The notes beneath the pieces were generated by a model that made no database searches, was not told the origin of the DNA, and was given only the letters and a program-made list of their open reading frames with translations. This document shows, in pieces, positions 11,584 through 20,930 of a stretch of 64,000 nucleotides of DNA. Source of the stretch: an uncultured Bacillota bacterium (GTDB lineage Bacteria; Sysuimicrobiota; Sysuimicrobiia; Sysuimicrobiales; Segetimicrobiaceae); NCBI GenBank assembly GCA_963804645.1, contig CAWDRG010000009.1, positions 1,216,001-1,280,000 on the forward strand. The letters are read 5' to 3'. The number at the start of each line of letters is the position of its first letter. Position 1 is the first letter of the stretch. The translations under genes and the position numbers were made by a program.

Positions 11584-12522
11584 ATGAACCGGCGCGGGTA
11601 TATCGCCGGCCGGCTGGCGCAGATGACGGTGACGTTGGCCGTGCTCGCCGTGCTGGTCTTCTATATGATCCGGCTCATCCCGGGCGATCCCGTGATCACG
11701 ATGCTCGGCATCCAGGCGACGCCGGACTCGGTGGCGGCGCTGCGGCACCAGCTGGGGCTCGATCGCTCGGTGCCGGTCCAGTTCTGGATCTTCATCACCG
11801 GGCTCGCCCGCGGCGACCTGGGCAACTCGATCCTGGTGCGGGAACCGGTGATGGTGCTCGTCCGCCAGCGGCTGCCGGTGACGCTGTTCCTCGTGACCTA
11901 CGCGATGATCCTGGCGACGATCATCACGATCCCACTCGGCATCGCCGGGGCGCTGCGGAAAGACAGCGCCGCCGACCAGGCGATCCGCGGATTCTCCGTG
12001 CTGTGGATCTCCACCCCGAGTTTCTGGGTGGGGATCCTGATGCTCATCGTCTTCGGGGTATGGCTGGAGTGGTTTCCGGTTGGCGGCGGAGGCCGGACGT
12101 TCGCGGAGCACGCGTACTACCTGTTCCTCCCGGCCTTGACGATGGGCCTCGGGGTGTCCGCGGTGCTCATCCGGAACCTCCGCGACGCGATCCTGGCCAC
12201 GCTCGGCGCCGAGCACGTCGTCGTGGCGCGCGCGAAGGGGCTGCCGGGGCGGCGCGTCATCGTCCGGCATGTGCTGCGCAACGCGATCCTGTCGACCGTC
12301 ACCCTGCTCGGGCTCTATATCGGGTTTCTCGTGGGCGGATCGGTGATCATCGAGTCCGTGTTCGCGCTCCCGGGGATGGGCAGCGAGATGGTCGCCGCGA
12401 TTCTCGGACGGGACTACCAGGTGGTCCAGGGATTCACGCTCGTCTACGCCGTGCTGGTGTCCGTTGTCTACCTCCTCACGGACATCGCCTACGCGCTGAT
12501 CGATCCGCGCGTCTCGCTGTGA
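11584..12522 (+). CDS. Peptide ABC transporter permease (DppB/OppB-like)
   Basis: 'IPGDP', 'GDLGNS', 'ARAKGL...RHVLRNA', 'IIESVFALPGMG', 'LIDPRV'. Confidence 0.9.
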   Translation: MNRRGYIAGRLAQMTVTLAVLAVLVFYMIRLIPGDPVITMLGIQATPDSVAALRHQLGLDRSVPVQFWIFITGLARGDLGNSILVREPVMVLVRQRLPVTLFLVTYAMILATIITIPLGIAGALRKDSAADQAIRGFSVLWISTPSFWVGILMLIVFGVWLEWFPVGGGGRTFAEHAYYLFLPALTMGLGVSAVLIRNLRDAILATLGAEHVVVARAKGLPGRRVIVRHVLRNAILSTVTLLGLYIGFLVGGSVIIESVFALPGMGSEMVAAILGRDYQVVQGFTLVYAVLVSVVYLLTDIAYALIDPRVSL

Positions 12523-12535
12523 GGCCGCGCCGCCC

Positions 12536-13417
12536 GTGAACACGACGACCGGCGAGGGGATCGCGGGGGCGGTGCCGTCCGCGAGGCGGCCGCGCCCGTT
12601 CCTGCGGGCGTGGCTGCGGAGTCCGTCGCTCGTGGTCGGGGCGCTCGTGATCGCGGCCGTCGTCGCGGCGGCGTGCCTCGCACCGTCGCTCGCGCCCTAC
12701 AACCCGATCCGGCAGGACTACGCCGCCGCGGTGCAGCCCCCGTCGGCGGCGCACCCGCTCGGCACGGACAAATTCGGGCGCGACCAGCTGTCGCGGATCA
12801 TCTACGGGACGCGGATCGATCTCTCGGTCGGGTTCCTGTGCACGGCGCTGCCGCTGGTGGTCGGCGTCGGCGTCGGGGCCGTCTCGGGCTACTACGGGGG
12901 CCTCATCGACACGGTCTTGATGCGCGTCATCGACGTGCAGGTGGCCTTTCCATTCTACGTCCTGCTGATCGCGATCGTCGCGATCCTGGGGCCCGGCCTG
13001 ATCAACATGTACTTCGCCTTGATCCTCGTCGGCTGGGTCGCGTTCGCGCGGTTGATCCGAGGGGAAATCCTGATCGCGAAGCAGCTGGAGTACACGCTGG
13101 CCGCACGGGCGATCGGCGCGAGCGACGCCAGGGTCATCGTCCGGCATCTCCTGCCGAACGTCATCGGCCCCGCGGTGGTCTTCGCGATGTCCGCCGTCGT
13201 GCTCAACATCCTCGCCGGCGCGTCGCTCAGCTTTCTCGGGCTCGGCGTGCAGCCGCCGATTCCGGAGTGGGGCGCGATGATCGCGGAGTCGCGCGAGTAC
13301 GTGGAGACGGCGTGGTGGCTGCCGACGTTTCCCGGGATCGCGATCACCATCGTCGGCATCGCGTTCAGCCTGGTCGGCGACGGTCTCTCGGGATTCCTGC
13401 GGCGCAGGCGTTCCTGA
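12536..13417 (+). CDS. Peptide ABC transporter permease (DppC/OppC-like)
   Basis: 'HPLGTDKFGRD', 'AARAIGAS..RVIVRHLLPN', 'SLSFLGLGVQPPIPEWG'. Confidence 0.9.
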   Translation: MNTTTGEGIAGAVPSARRPRPFLRAWLRSPSLVVGALVIAAVVAAACLAPSLAPYNPIRQDYAAAVQPPSAAHPLGTDKFGRDQLSRIIYGTRIDLSVGFLCTALPLVVGVGVGAVSGYYGGLIDTVLMRVIDVQVAFPFYVLLIAIVAILGPGLINMYFALILVGWVAFARLIRGEILIAKQLEYTLAARAIGASDARVIVRHLLPNVIGPAVVFAMSAVVLNILAGASLSFLGLGVQPPIPEWGAMIAESREYVETAWWLPTFPGIAITIVGIAFSLVGDGLSGFLRRRRS

Positions 13418-13441
13418 CCGGCGGGCCCGCCCGCCGAGGCG

Positions 13442-14185
13442 CTACCCCGCGGACCAGCCGCGCACGATCTCGGGGATCTCCCGCAGCGACGTCACGCGGG
13501 CGGTCGGCCGGACCCGCTGCTCGAAGCTCGGGTTGTCCGGATGGGGCTCGATGTCGACCAGGATCGAGCGCATCCCGACGCGCTCGGCTCCCAGGACGTC
13601 GTAGCCGAGCGAATCGCCCACCATCACGGCGTCGGCGGCCGGGATCCCCCAGGCCTCGAGGACGTGGGTGAAGATGTCGGGATGGGGCTTCCGGCGGCCG
13701 AATCCCGCCGAGGTAACCAGCGGGTCGAAATAGCGGAAGATATCGTGCCGCTGCGTGAGTTCCACGATGGATCGATGCCCCGTCGCGTTGCTGATCATCC
13801 CGAGCCGGAGGTCCATCGCGACCAGCGCGTCCAGCGATTCGTGCGCCCAGGGATAGAGGCGGCTGATCCGCACCTCGGGCTTGAAGAACGCGGCCTCCGC
13901 GCGGCGGAGCGCCGCCTCGTCCGGCCGCAGGCCGGCCTCGCCGAGTGCCGCGGCGATCGTGTCGGAGGCGAGGGACTCTACCTGGTCCTCGTCGGACCGG
14001 CGCGCGGCGCCGAGCCGCAGCTCGAGGAGCCGGGCCGCGAGCGCGTCGGGATCCCGGCAGCCGAGCTCGGAAGCGGCCCACGCGCCGAGCGAGGTGCACA
14101 CCTGCTGTTCGATCTCGGGGCCGGTGCGGCGGATGAGGGTGCTGCCGAGATCGAAGACTACGCCGCGCACGGGAGACGTCGCCAC
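13442..14185 (-). CDS. HAD-superfamily hydrolase
   Basis: 'VVFDLGSTLI', 'ISNA', 'RKPHPDIF', 'MVGDSLGYDVLGA'; GTG start inferred. Confidence 0.82.
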   Translation of the reverse strand: MATSPVRGVVFDLGSTLIRRTGPEIEQQVCTSLGAWAASELGCRDPDALAARLLELRLGAARRSDEDQVESLASDTIAAALGEAGLRPDEAALRRAEAAFFKPEVRISRLYPWAHESLDALVAMDLRLGMISNATGHRSIVELTQRHDIFRYFDPLVTSAGFGRRKPHPDIFTHVLEAWGIPAADAVMVGDSLGYDVLGAERVGMRSILVDIEPHPDNPSFEQRVRPTARVTSLREIPEIVRGWSAG

Positions 14186-14246
14186 GCTGGTGTCGTACCA
14201 CGCCGGAGGGGATTGCTCCTTCGCCCCCGAACATCGCCGTGAGTCC

Positions 14247-15389
14247 ATGTCGCCAGACCCCGCACACCCGCCGTTGGAGTCCCGCCCGTCCACCCCGCGG
14301 AAGATCCGCGTTGCCGTGCTGCTCGGCGGACCGTCGCCCGAGCGGGAAGTGTCGCTGCGCAGCGGCGAGCAGGTGGTCGCGGCCCTCGATCCGTCGCGGT
14401 TCGACGTGCTGCCGGTGGAGATCAGCCTCGACGGCCAGTGGCTGCCGCGTCCGGATCTGCTGCGGCTGGCCGAGTCCGGCCGCGCGCCGGACGGCGGCGC
14501 GCCCGCCGAGGCGCCGGCGGCGGTCGCGCTGGTGCCCCAGGCGCGGCGGATCGACGAGGTCGTCGGCGGCGGGGTGGTGGACGTGGCGTTCATTGCCATG
14601 CACGGGCCGTACGGCGAGGACGGCACCGTCCAGGGGCTGCTGGAGCTGCTCGGCATCCCCTACACCGGGTCGGGCGTGCTCGCGAGCGCGCTCGCGATGG
14701 ACAAGCTCCGCAGCCGGCAGATGCTGCAGGCGAACGGCATCCCGGTCCCCGCGTACGTCGCGGTCGACGACGTCCACTGGCCGGCCGACCGCGCGGCGGT
14801 CGCGGCCCAGGTCGGCCGGGACCTCGGGTATCCGTGCGTCGTCAAGCCGAACGCCGTCGGCTCGAGCATCGGGGTGACGATCGTGCGCGACGCCGACGCC
14901 CTGCCCGCGGCGGTCGACGCCGCGCTCGAGTACGGGACCCTCGCGCTGATCGAAGAGTACCTCGAGGGGACGGAGCTGACGTGCGCCGTGCTCGAGGACC
15001 CGGACACGGGAGAGGCGCAGGCGCTGCCGGTGATCGAGATTGTCCCGAAGCGCGAATTCTTCACGTACGAGGCGAAGTACGTCTCGGGCGCGTCCGAGGA
15101 GATCGTGCCGGCGCGCATTCCCGCGCACGCGGCCGCGCGGGCCGCCGAGGTCGCGGTGCGGGTCCACCACATCCTCGGCTGCGAGGGGTGCTCGCGGATC
15201 GATCTGTTCCTGTCCGGCGGGAACATCGTGGCCCTGGAGGCCAACACGATCCCCGGGATGACCCAGGGCAGCCTGATCCCGCTCGCCGCCCGCGCGGGCG
15301 GCATCGAGTTTTCCGATCTGCTCCGGCGCGTGATCGGCAGCGCGCTGCGCCGGGCGCGCACTCGGAAGCATCCCGCGCGGAGGGCATGA
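14247..15389 (+). CDS. ddl: D-alanine--D-alanine ligase
   Basis: 'VAVLLGGPSPEREVSLRSG', 'HGPYGEDGTVQG', 'PYTGSGVLASALAMDK', 'GSSIG', 'EANTIPGMT'. Confidence 0.95.
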   Translation: MSPDPAHPPLESRPSTPRKIRVAVLLGGPSPEREVSLRSGEQVVAALDPSRFDVLPVEISLDGQWLPRPDLLRLAESGRAPDGGAPAEAPAAVALVPQARRIDEVVGGGVVDVAFIAMHGPYGEDGTVQGLLELLGIPYTGSGVLASALAMDKLRSRQMLQANGIPVPAYVAVDDVHWPADRAAVAAQVGRDLGYPCVVKPNAVGSSIGVTIVRDADALPAAVDAALEYGTLALIEEYLEGTELTCAVLEDPDTGEAQALPVIEIVPKREFFTYEAKYVSGASEEIVPARIPAHAAARAAEVAVRVHHILGCEGCSRIDLFLSGGNIVALEANTIPGMTQGSLIPLAARAGGIEFSDLLRRVIGSALRRARTRKHPARRA

Positions 15390-16273
15390 CGATGGCGCGC
15401 CTGCGGCGCAACGAGTACGTGAAATCCCACGGCCTCGGGAACGACTACCTCGTGATGGACCCGCGCGCGCTCTCGGTCCGGCTGACGCCGCGGGCGATCC
15501 GCCTGATCTGCCACCGCAACCTCGGCGTCGGGTCGGACGGGATCCTGACGCTCGAGCGCAGCCGCCGCGCCGAGTTCGGGGTGCGGATTCTGAACCCCGA
15601 CGGCAGCGAGGCGGAGAAGAGCGGCAACGGCATCCGCATCTTCGCAAAATTTCTGTGGGACCACGGCTACACCCGGCGCCGCGCGTTTCGCGTCGAGACG
15701 AAGGGCGGGGTGGTCCCGGTCACGCTCGACCTGCGGGGGCGCAAGGTGCGCTCGATCACCGCGGGCATCGGACGCGCGACATTCCGCAGCCGCGAGATCC
15801 CCGCGACCGGCCCCGACCGCGAGATCGTCGGGGAGCGCGTCGAGGCCGCGGGTGACACGCTCGAGGTGACCGCGGTCTCCGTCGGCAACCCGCATTGCAT
15901 CGTGTTCGTGGCCGATCCCGCCGCGGTCGATCTCGCGCGGCTGGGGCCGGCGCTCGAGCACCATCCAATGTTTCCCAACCGGACCAACGTCCAGTTCGTG
16001 CGCGTGGACTCCCCGAGCCGCGTCACGATCCGGATCTGGGAGCGGGGCGCGGGGGAGACGATGGCGTCCGGCAGCAGCTCGAGCGCGGTCGCCGCGGCGT
16101 GCATCCGGCACGGATTCACGGGGCGTCGCGTGACCGTCGCGAGCCCGGGGGGGACGCTCACGGTCGAGGCGGGGCCGGACGACGTCCTGCACCTCACCGG
16201 TCCGGTAGAAGAGGTCTGCCGAGGGACGTTGAGCCCGGACCTGCTGGCCCGGCTGCGAGGAGGCGCGCGATGA
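15386..16273 (+). CDS. dapF: Diaminopimelate epimerase
   Basis: 'KSHGLGNDY', 'GVGSDG', 'NPDGSEAEKSGNGIR', 'VGNPH', 'WERGAGETMASGSS'. Confidence 0.88.
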   Translation: MTMARLRRNEYVKSHGLGNDYLVMDPRALSVRLTPRAIRLICHRNLGVGSDGILTLERSRRAEFGVRILNPDGSEAEKSGNGIRIFAKFLWDHGYTRRRAFRVETKGGVVPVTLDLRGRKVRSITAGIGRATFRSREIPATGPDREIVGERVEAAGDTLEVTAVSVGNPHCIVFVADPAAVDLARLGPALEHHPMFPNRTNVQFVRVDSPSRVTIRIWERGAGETMASGSSSSAVAAACIRHGFTGRRVTVASPGGTLTVEAGPDDVLHLTGPVEEVCRGTLSPDLLARLRGGAR

Positions 16274-17550
16274 AGAAGGTGCTGTACGTGGTGCTGGACG
16301 GTCTCGGAGACCGCCCGGTGCCCCAGCTCGGCGGCCGGACGCCGCTCGAGGCGGCGGCGGTGCCGTTTCTCGGCGCGCTCACGCTCGACGGCCAGACCGG
16401 GCTGGTGCAGACGGTCGGGAAGGGAATCGCGCCCGAGTCGGACGTCGCCGTCATGGCGATCCTCGGCTACGATCCGTTCAAGTACCACACGGGGCGCGGT
16501 GTGTTCGAGGTGGTCGGCTCCGGCATGGCGTTCGCGGACGGGAATCTCGCGCTGCGCGGCAACTTCGCGACCGGCGAGGGGCGCACGATCCTCGACCGGC
16601 GCGCCGGGCGCGATCTTGCCTCCGAGGACGCGCACGCGCTCGCGGACGCGCTGACGCGCGAGATTAAGCTGACCGCGGCGCCCGCGGAGCTCGAGGTGCA
16701 GGCGAGCATCGGGCACCGGGCGGCGGTCGCGATCCGCCGGCGCGGCGGGCGTCTGTCGGCGAAGATCAGCAACACGGATCCGGCGTACGGGCGCGTCGGC
16801 GACGGGCTCGGCGTGGCCAACGCGGTCGTGGGCAACCAGGTCGTGCGCTGCGAGCCGCTCGACGGCAGCGAGGAGGCCCGGACCGCCGCGGCCCTGGTCA
16901 ACGAGTTTACCGACCGCGCGCAGGAAGTGCTGGATCGCCATCCCGCGAACGCGCGGCGCCGCGAGCGCGGACGGCCCCCGGCGAACCTGCTCCTCGTGCG
17001 CGATGCGGGCGACCACCTCCCGAAGCTGCCGCCGATCGCGGAGCGGTTCGGCATCGAGTTCGGCTGCTTCGTGGAAATGCCGGTCGAGCGCGGCATCGCG
17101 GAGCTCTCCGGCATGACGGTCATCCCCGTGCCGCCGAGCGGGGCCGACAAGGAGCGGGTCTACGCTGAGTGGGCCCAGACGGCGGCCCGCGAGTACCGCA
17201 ACCACGGCGGGCTCTACATCCACATCAAGGGGCCCGACGAGCCTGGGCACGACGGCGACTGGCGGGGCAAGACCGCGATCATCGAGACGATCGATCGGGT
17301 GTTCTTCGGCACGCTCCTCGATCTGGTATCGCTCGACGATGTCGTGATCGCCGTCACCGCGGACCACGCGACGCCGGCCACCCTCGGTCGGCATTCCGAC
17401 GACCCGGTCCCGCTGCTCGTCGCGGGCGCGGGCGTCCGGCCCGACGGGAGCCGTGTCTTCAATGAAGCGGCGTGCGCGCACGGCAGCCTCGGGACCTTGA
17501 TGGGCACCGACATCATGCCGCTGCTTGCGCGCCTCGCGAAGGACGCCTAG
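16270..17550 (+). CDS. apgM: 2,3-bisphosphoglycerate-independent phosphoglycerate mutase, archaeal-type
   Basis: 'VLDGLGDRP...GRTPLEAA', 'PESDVA', 'YHTGRG', 'HIKGPDEPGHDG', 'TADHATP...HSDDPVP'. Confidence 0.88.
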   Translation: MKKVLYVVLDGLGDRPVPQLGGRTPLEAAAVPFLGALTLDGQTGLVQTVGKGIAPESDVAVMAILGYDPFKYHTGRGVFEVVGSGMAFADGNLALRGNFATGEGRTILDRRAGRDLASEDAHALADALTREIKLTAAPAELEVQASIGHRAAVAIRRRGGRLSAKISNTDPAYGRVGDGLGVANAVVGNQVVRCEPLDGSEEARTAAALVNEFTDRAQEVLDRHPANARRRERGRPPANLLLVRDAGDHLPKLPPIAERFGIEFGCFVEMPVERGIAELSGMTVIPVPPSGADKERVYAEWAQTAAREYRNHGGLYIHIKGPDEPGHDGDWRGKTAIIETIDRVFFGTLLDLVSLDDVVIAVTADHATPATLGRHSDDPVPLLVAGAGVRPDGSRVFNEAACAHGSLGTLMGTDIMPLLARLAKDA

Positions 17551-17567
17551 CGCGCACCGGCGGCGCG

Positions 17568-18830
17568 ATGCAGGGGCCGGGGGAGCATGCGTCAGGCCCG
17601 GGCCGGCCGCGTGCGGCGGCGCTGCCGAGGCTGCGGCCGCTCGATTTCTTCCCGGTGCGTCAGGGAGGCGAGACCGTGATCGCGGTCCGCGACCCGGAAG
17701 GCTTTGTCGACGGCGTCATGCTGCTGCCGCCGCCGGTGTATTTTATCGCCGCGCTGCTGGACGGGCGGCGGACCGCGGCGGACGTCCAGGCCGAGTACGT
17801 CCGCCGGTTCGGCGGCGACCTGCTGCTCCGCGCGGACCTGCAGCGGCTGCTGGAGGAGCTGGACCGGGTCGGCCTGCTCGAGACCGACGCGTTCGCGGCC
17901 CGGCGCCGCGCGGTGGAAGAGGCGTTTCGCGCGTCGCCGGTGCGGGCCGCCCAGCACGCCGGCGCGTCGTACCCTGAGGATCCCGACGAGCTCCGCGCGG
18001 TCCTCGACGGGTACCTCGGCGGGGTGGATCCCGGCGAGCTCGACGGCTTGGCGCCGCGCGGGATCATCGCGCCGCACATCGACTTCCCGCGCGGGGGCTG
18101 GTGCTACGGGTGGGGGTACGCGGCGCTGCGCGCGTCGCGCGCCACGTCGTTCGTGGTGCTCGGCGTCGCCCACACCGCGCCGCCCGCGCCCGTCGTGCTG
18201 ACCGAGAAGTCGTTCGAGACCCCGCTCGGGACCGTCCCCGTGGATCGGGAGCTCGTGCGCGCGCTCACGGCGCGGACCGGCGACCTCACCGCGCACGAGA
18301 TCGTGCACCGCACCGAGCACTCGCTCGAGTTCCCGATCGTGTTCATGCAGCGGGCGCTCGACGGGCGTCCGTTCAGCATCGTGCCGATCTTGTGCTCGAG
18401 CTTCGAGGGCTGGGCGGCGGAGGAGCCGCCGCGCGGCGTGGACGAGGTCGAGCGCGTGGTGTCGGGGCTGCGCGAGGTCGTGCGCGCGCGTCCCGACGTC
18501 GGCCTGGTGGTGAGCGTGGATTTCAGCCACGTCGGCCCGCGGTTCGGAGATCCGGACCCCGTCACCGACGCGCTGGCGTCCCGCACCTCGCTGGCCGACC
18601 GCGTGGTGCTGGAGGCGATCGTGCGGGGCGACCCGGATGAGTTCTGGCGCACCGCCGCCGCCGGGGGCAATCCCCGGCACATCGACGCGCTGTCCGCGGT
18701 GTACACGGCGCTGCGCGTGCTCGAGCCCGTTGAGGGGCGTCTCCTGCGGTACGGACAGGCGCTCGATCCGGCCGGCGGGATCGTGTCGTTCGCGAGCCTG
18801 GCGCTGCTCGAGGGGACGCGGCGCCCCTGA
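17568..18830 (+). CDS. amrB: MEMO1-family protein (AmmeMemoRadiSam protein B) with N-terminal extension
   Basis: 'HAGASYP', 'IAPHIDF', 'FETPLG', 'HRTEHSLE', 'SVDFSHVGPRFGD'. Confidence 0.85.
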   Translation: MQGPGEHASGPGRPRAAALPRLRPLDFFPVRQGGETVIAVRDPEGFVDGVMLLPPPVYFIAALLDGRRTAADVQAEYVRRFGGDLLLRADLQRLLEELDRVGLLETDAFAARRRAVEEAFRASPVRAAQHAGASYPEDPDELRAVLDGYLGGVDPGELDGLAPRGIIAPHIDFPRGGWCYGWGYAALRASRATSFVVLGVAHTAPPAPVVLTEKSFETPLGTVPVDRELVRALTARTGDLTAHEIVHRTEHSLEFPIVFMQRALDGRPFSIVPILCSSFEGWAAEEPPRGVDEVERVVSGLREVVRARPDVGLVVSVDFSHVGPRFGDPDPVTDALASRTSLADRVVLEAIVRGDPDEFWRTAAAGGNPRHIDALSAVYTALRVLEPVEGRLLRYGQALDPAGGIVSFASLALLEGTRRP

Positions 18831-18997
18831 CCGCGCGCGGCGCGTGCGCGAGAGTGCCGCGTGCCGCGCAGGTTCGTCGCGGTGATGTTGTCGAACGCGT
18901 CAACGCCGTCCTGCTGGATCGGCCGGCGGGCGTGCGGCCGTGATGTGACTTCGTTGGAGCCCCCGGAGCGTTTAGACGCGCGTCCGCGACCGCCGGG

Positions 18998-19471
18998 TCA
19001 TCCTTGATCGTAGGCTTGTTGGAGGCGCTGAATATCAAGTTTATCCATTTGCAGCATCGCGTTCATGACTCGCTGCGTCTTCGCGTTGTCCTTATCTTGC
19101 ATCATCTTACCCAGGATGGTCGGCACGATCTGCCACGACACCCCAAATTTGTCCTTGAGCCAGCCGCAGCGATTTGGCACTCCGCCTTCAGAGAGCTTCT
19201 CCCACAACTCATCGACCTCTTCCTGCGTATCGCAGTGCACGACAAACGAGATCGCTTCCGTGAACTTGAACTGCGGGCCGCCATTTAACGCCAGCCACTC
19301 CTGTCCGTTGAGCTGGAATTGCACGACCATCACGGTTCCCTTCGGTCCCGGACCCGCCTCTCCATAGCGACTCATGCCCAGAATCTTTGAGTGCTTGAAG
19401 ATCGACGTATAATACCGCGCCGCCTCTTCCGCGCGTCCGTCGAACCACAAGAACGGGGTGATCGTCTGCAT
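18998..19471 (-). CDS. VOC/PhnB-like protein (3-demethylubiquinone-9 3-methyltransferase family)
   Basis: 'MQTITPFLWFDGRAEEAA', 'LNGGPQFKFTEAISF', 'CGWLKDKFGVSWQIVP'; visibly more AT-rich than flanks. Confidence 0.9.
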   Translation of the reverse strand: MQTITPFLWFDGRAEEAARYYTSIFKHSKILGMSRYGEAGPGPKGTVMVVQFQLNGQEWLALNGGPQFKFTEAISFVVHCDTQEEVDELWEKLSEGGVPNRCGWLKDKFGVSWQIVPTILGKMMQDKDNAKTQRVMNAMLQMDKLDIQRLQQAYDQG

Positions 19472-19714
19472 ACGGCATTCCTCCCTGACTACACTCGTGT
19501 GGCCTGCCACGTCGTGAGGATGTGGCAGCCCGACGCGTAGCGCGTTCTAGGTATTCCCTCCCCGCGGATGCGGTCCGTGACACTGGATCGGTGTGGGTCG
19601 CCCGGACAATCGACATTGCGCCCGAACACACCGCAGGGACGACGGGCCGGCGCCCCAGGCACACTCGGCGCCGCCAGGGATGTGCCAGATGGCCGGTCGT
19701 GCAGCCCCCTGATC

Positions 19715-20869
19715 TTATCGGGGTGTTCGGACCTCTGGTGGGTTCTCCAAACACGCGCTCATCGTGTTCCAGATCCGGTCCAGCCCCGCCTGCACGTAGG
19801 CGGACGGAAGCCCGTGGTTCAGCCGGAGATGGCGGTCGATCCCGAAGTGGTCCCCCGGCACGGCGAGGACGTCCTGCTCCGCGAGCAGCCGCTCGCACAG
19901 CTCGATCGAACCGATCGGGAGGTCGTACCGGACGAATCCGATCGCGCCGGCATCCGCCGAGCCCAGCGACAGGCGGTCGCGGTGCTGCTCCACCCACCCG
20001 GCGAGCTGCGCAAACCCGCGCGAGACGTACCCCCGGCTGCGCTCGAGCAGGCGCGCGCGCACCTCCGGCGCGAGGGCGATCGCGGCGAGCTTGTTGCTGA
20101 GCATCGACGAGCTGATCGTGGTGTAGTCCTGGCGCGCCCAGATCTGCGCGGCCACCTCGGGCGGCGCCACAACCCAGCCGATCCGCAGTCCGGGCAGCCC
20201 ATACGCCTTCGAGAGGCCTCCGGTGGCGAGCACGCGGTCGTACCGGCCCCAGAACGACGGCGTGACCTCGCGCCGGACGCGCTCCGCGCCCGCGTACACC
20301 TCGTCCGCGAGCAGCCACGCGCCGACCCGCTCGGCCGCGGCGACGACCTGCGCCATCTCGCGCTCAGTCAGGATGTGGCCGGTGGGATTGTTGGGATTGC
20401 AGACGGCGACGACCGTGGTCCGGGGCCTGACGGCGGCCTCGAGCGCGTTCAGGTCGAGCGCCCACGCGCGCGACTCTTCGAGCGCGAACGTGCGGACGTC
20501 GATCCCGGCGTTCTGCGCGACGCCCCAGAGCTGCATGTAGTTTGGGCGCATGAGCGCGATCTCGTCGCCGGCGCCCGCGACCGTCTGGAGCGTGTTGAAG
20601 TTCGCCTCGGCGCAGCCGTTGGTCACGACGATCTGCTCGGGGGTGCTGCCCGGATACAGCGCGGCGATCCGCTCGCGCAGCTCGGGCAGCCCGTTGGTCT
20701 GCGGGTACGTCAGCGGCGTGCGGAGCAGCGCCTCGACGCCGGCCGCATCGGTCACGAGTTCGCCGAGGGCGAGCGGATGCACGCCGCTCTCGGAGAGGTT
20801 GTACGCCACGCGGTTCTCCCATTGGGAGAGGAGGCGCTCCAGCGCGAACGGGTGGAAGCGTACGGTCAT
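19715..20869 (-). CDS. Aminotransferase class I/II
   Basis: 'NLSESG', 'CNPNNPTG', 'LLADEVY', 'GLSKAYGLPGLRIGW'. Confidence 0.88.
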   Translation of the reverse strand: MTVRFHPFALERLLSQWENRVAYNLSESGVHPLALGELVTDAAGVEALLRTPLTYPQTNGLPELRERIAALYPGSTPEQIVVTNGCAEANFNTLQTVAGAGDEIALMRPNYMQLWGVAQNAGIDVRTFALEESRAWALDLNALEAAVRPRTTVVAVCNPNNPTGHILTEREMAQVVAAAERVGAWLLADEVYAGAERVRREVTPSFWGRYDRVLATGGLSKAYGLPGLRIGWVVAPPEVAAQIWARQDYTTISSSMLSNKLAAIALAPEVRARLLERSRGYVSRGFAQLAGWVEQHRDRLSLGSADAGAIGFVRYDLPIGSIELCERLLAEQDVLAVPGDHFGIDRHLRLNHGLPSAYVQAGLDRIWNTMSACLENPPEVRTPR

Positions 20870-20930
20870 GTCCTCACCTCTCGGACGCGCCGGCGGCGCG
20901 CGAACTCCGCCGGACGCGCGTGGTCTCCGG

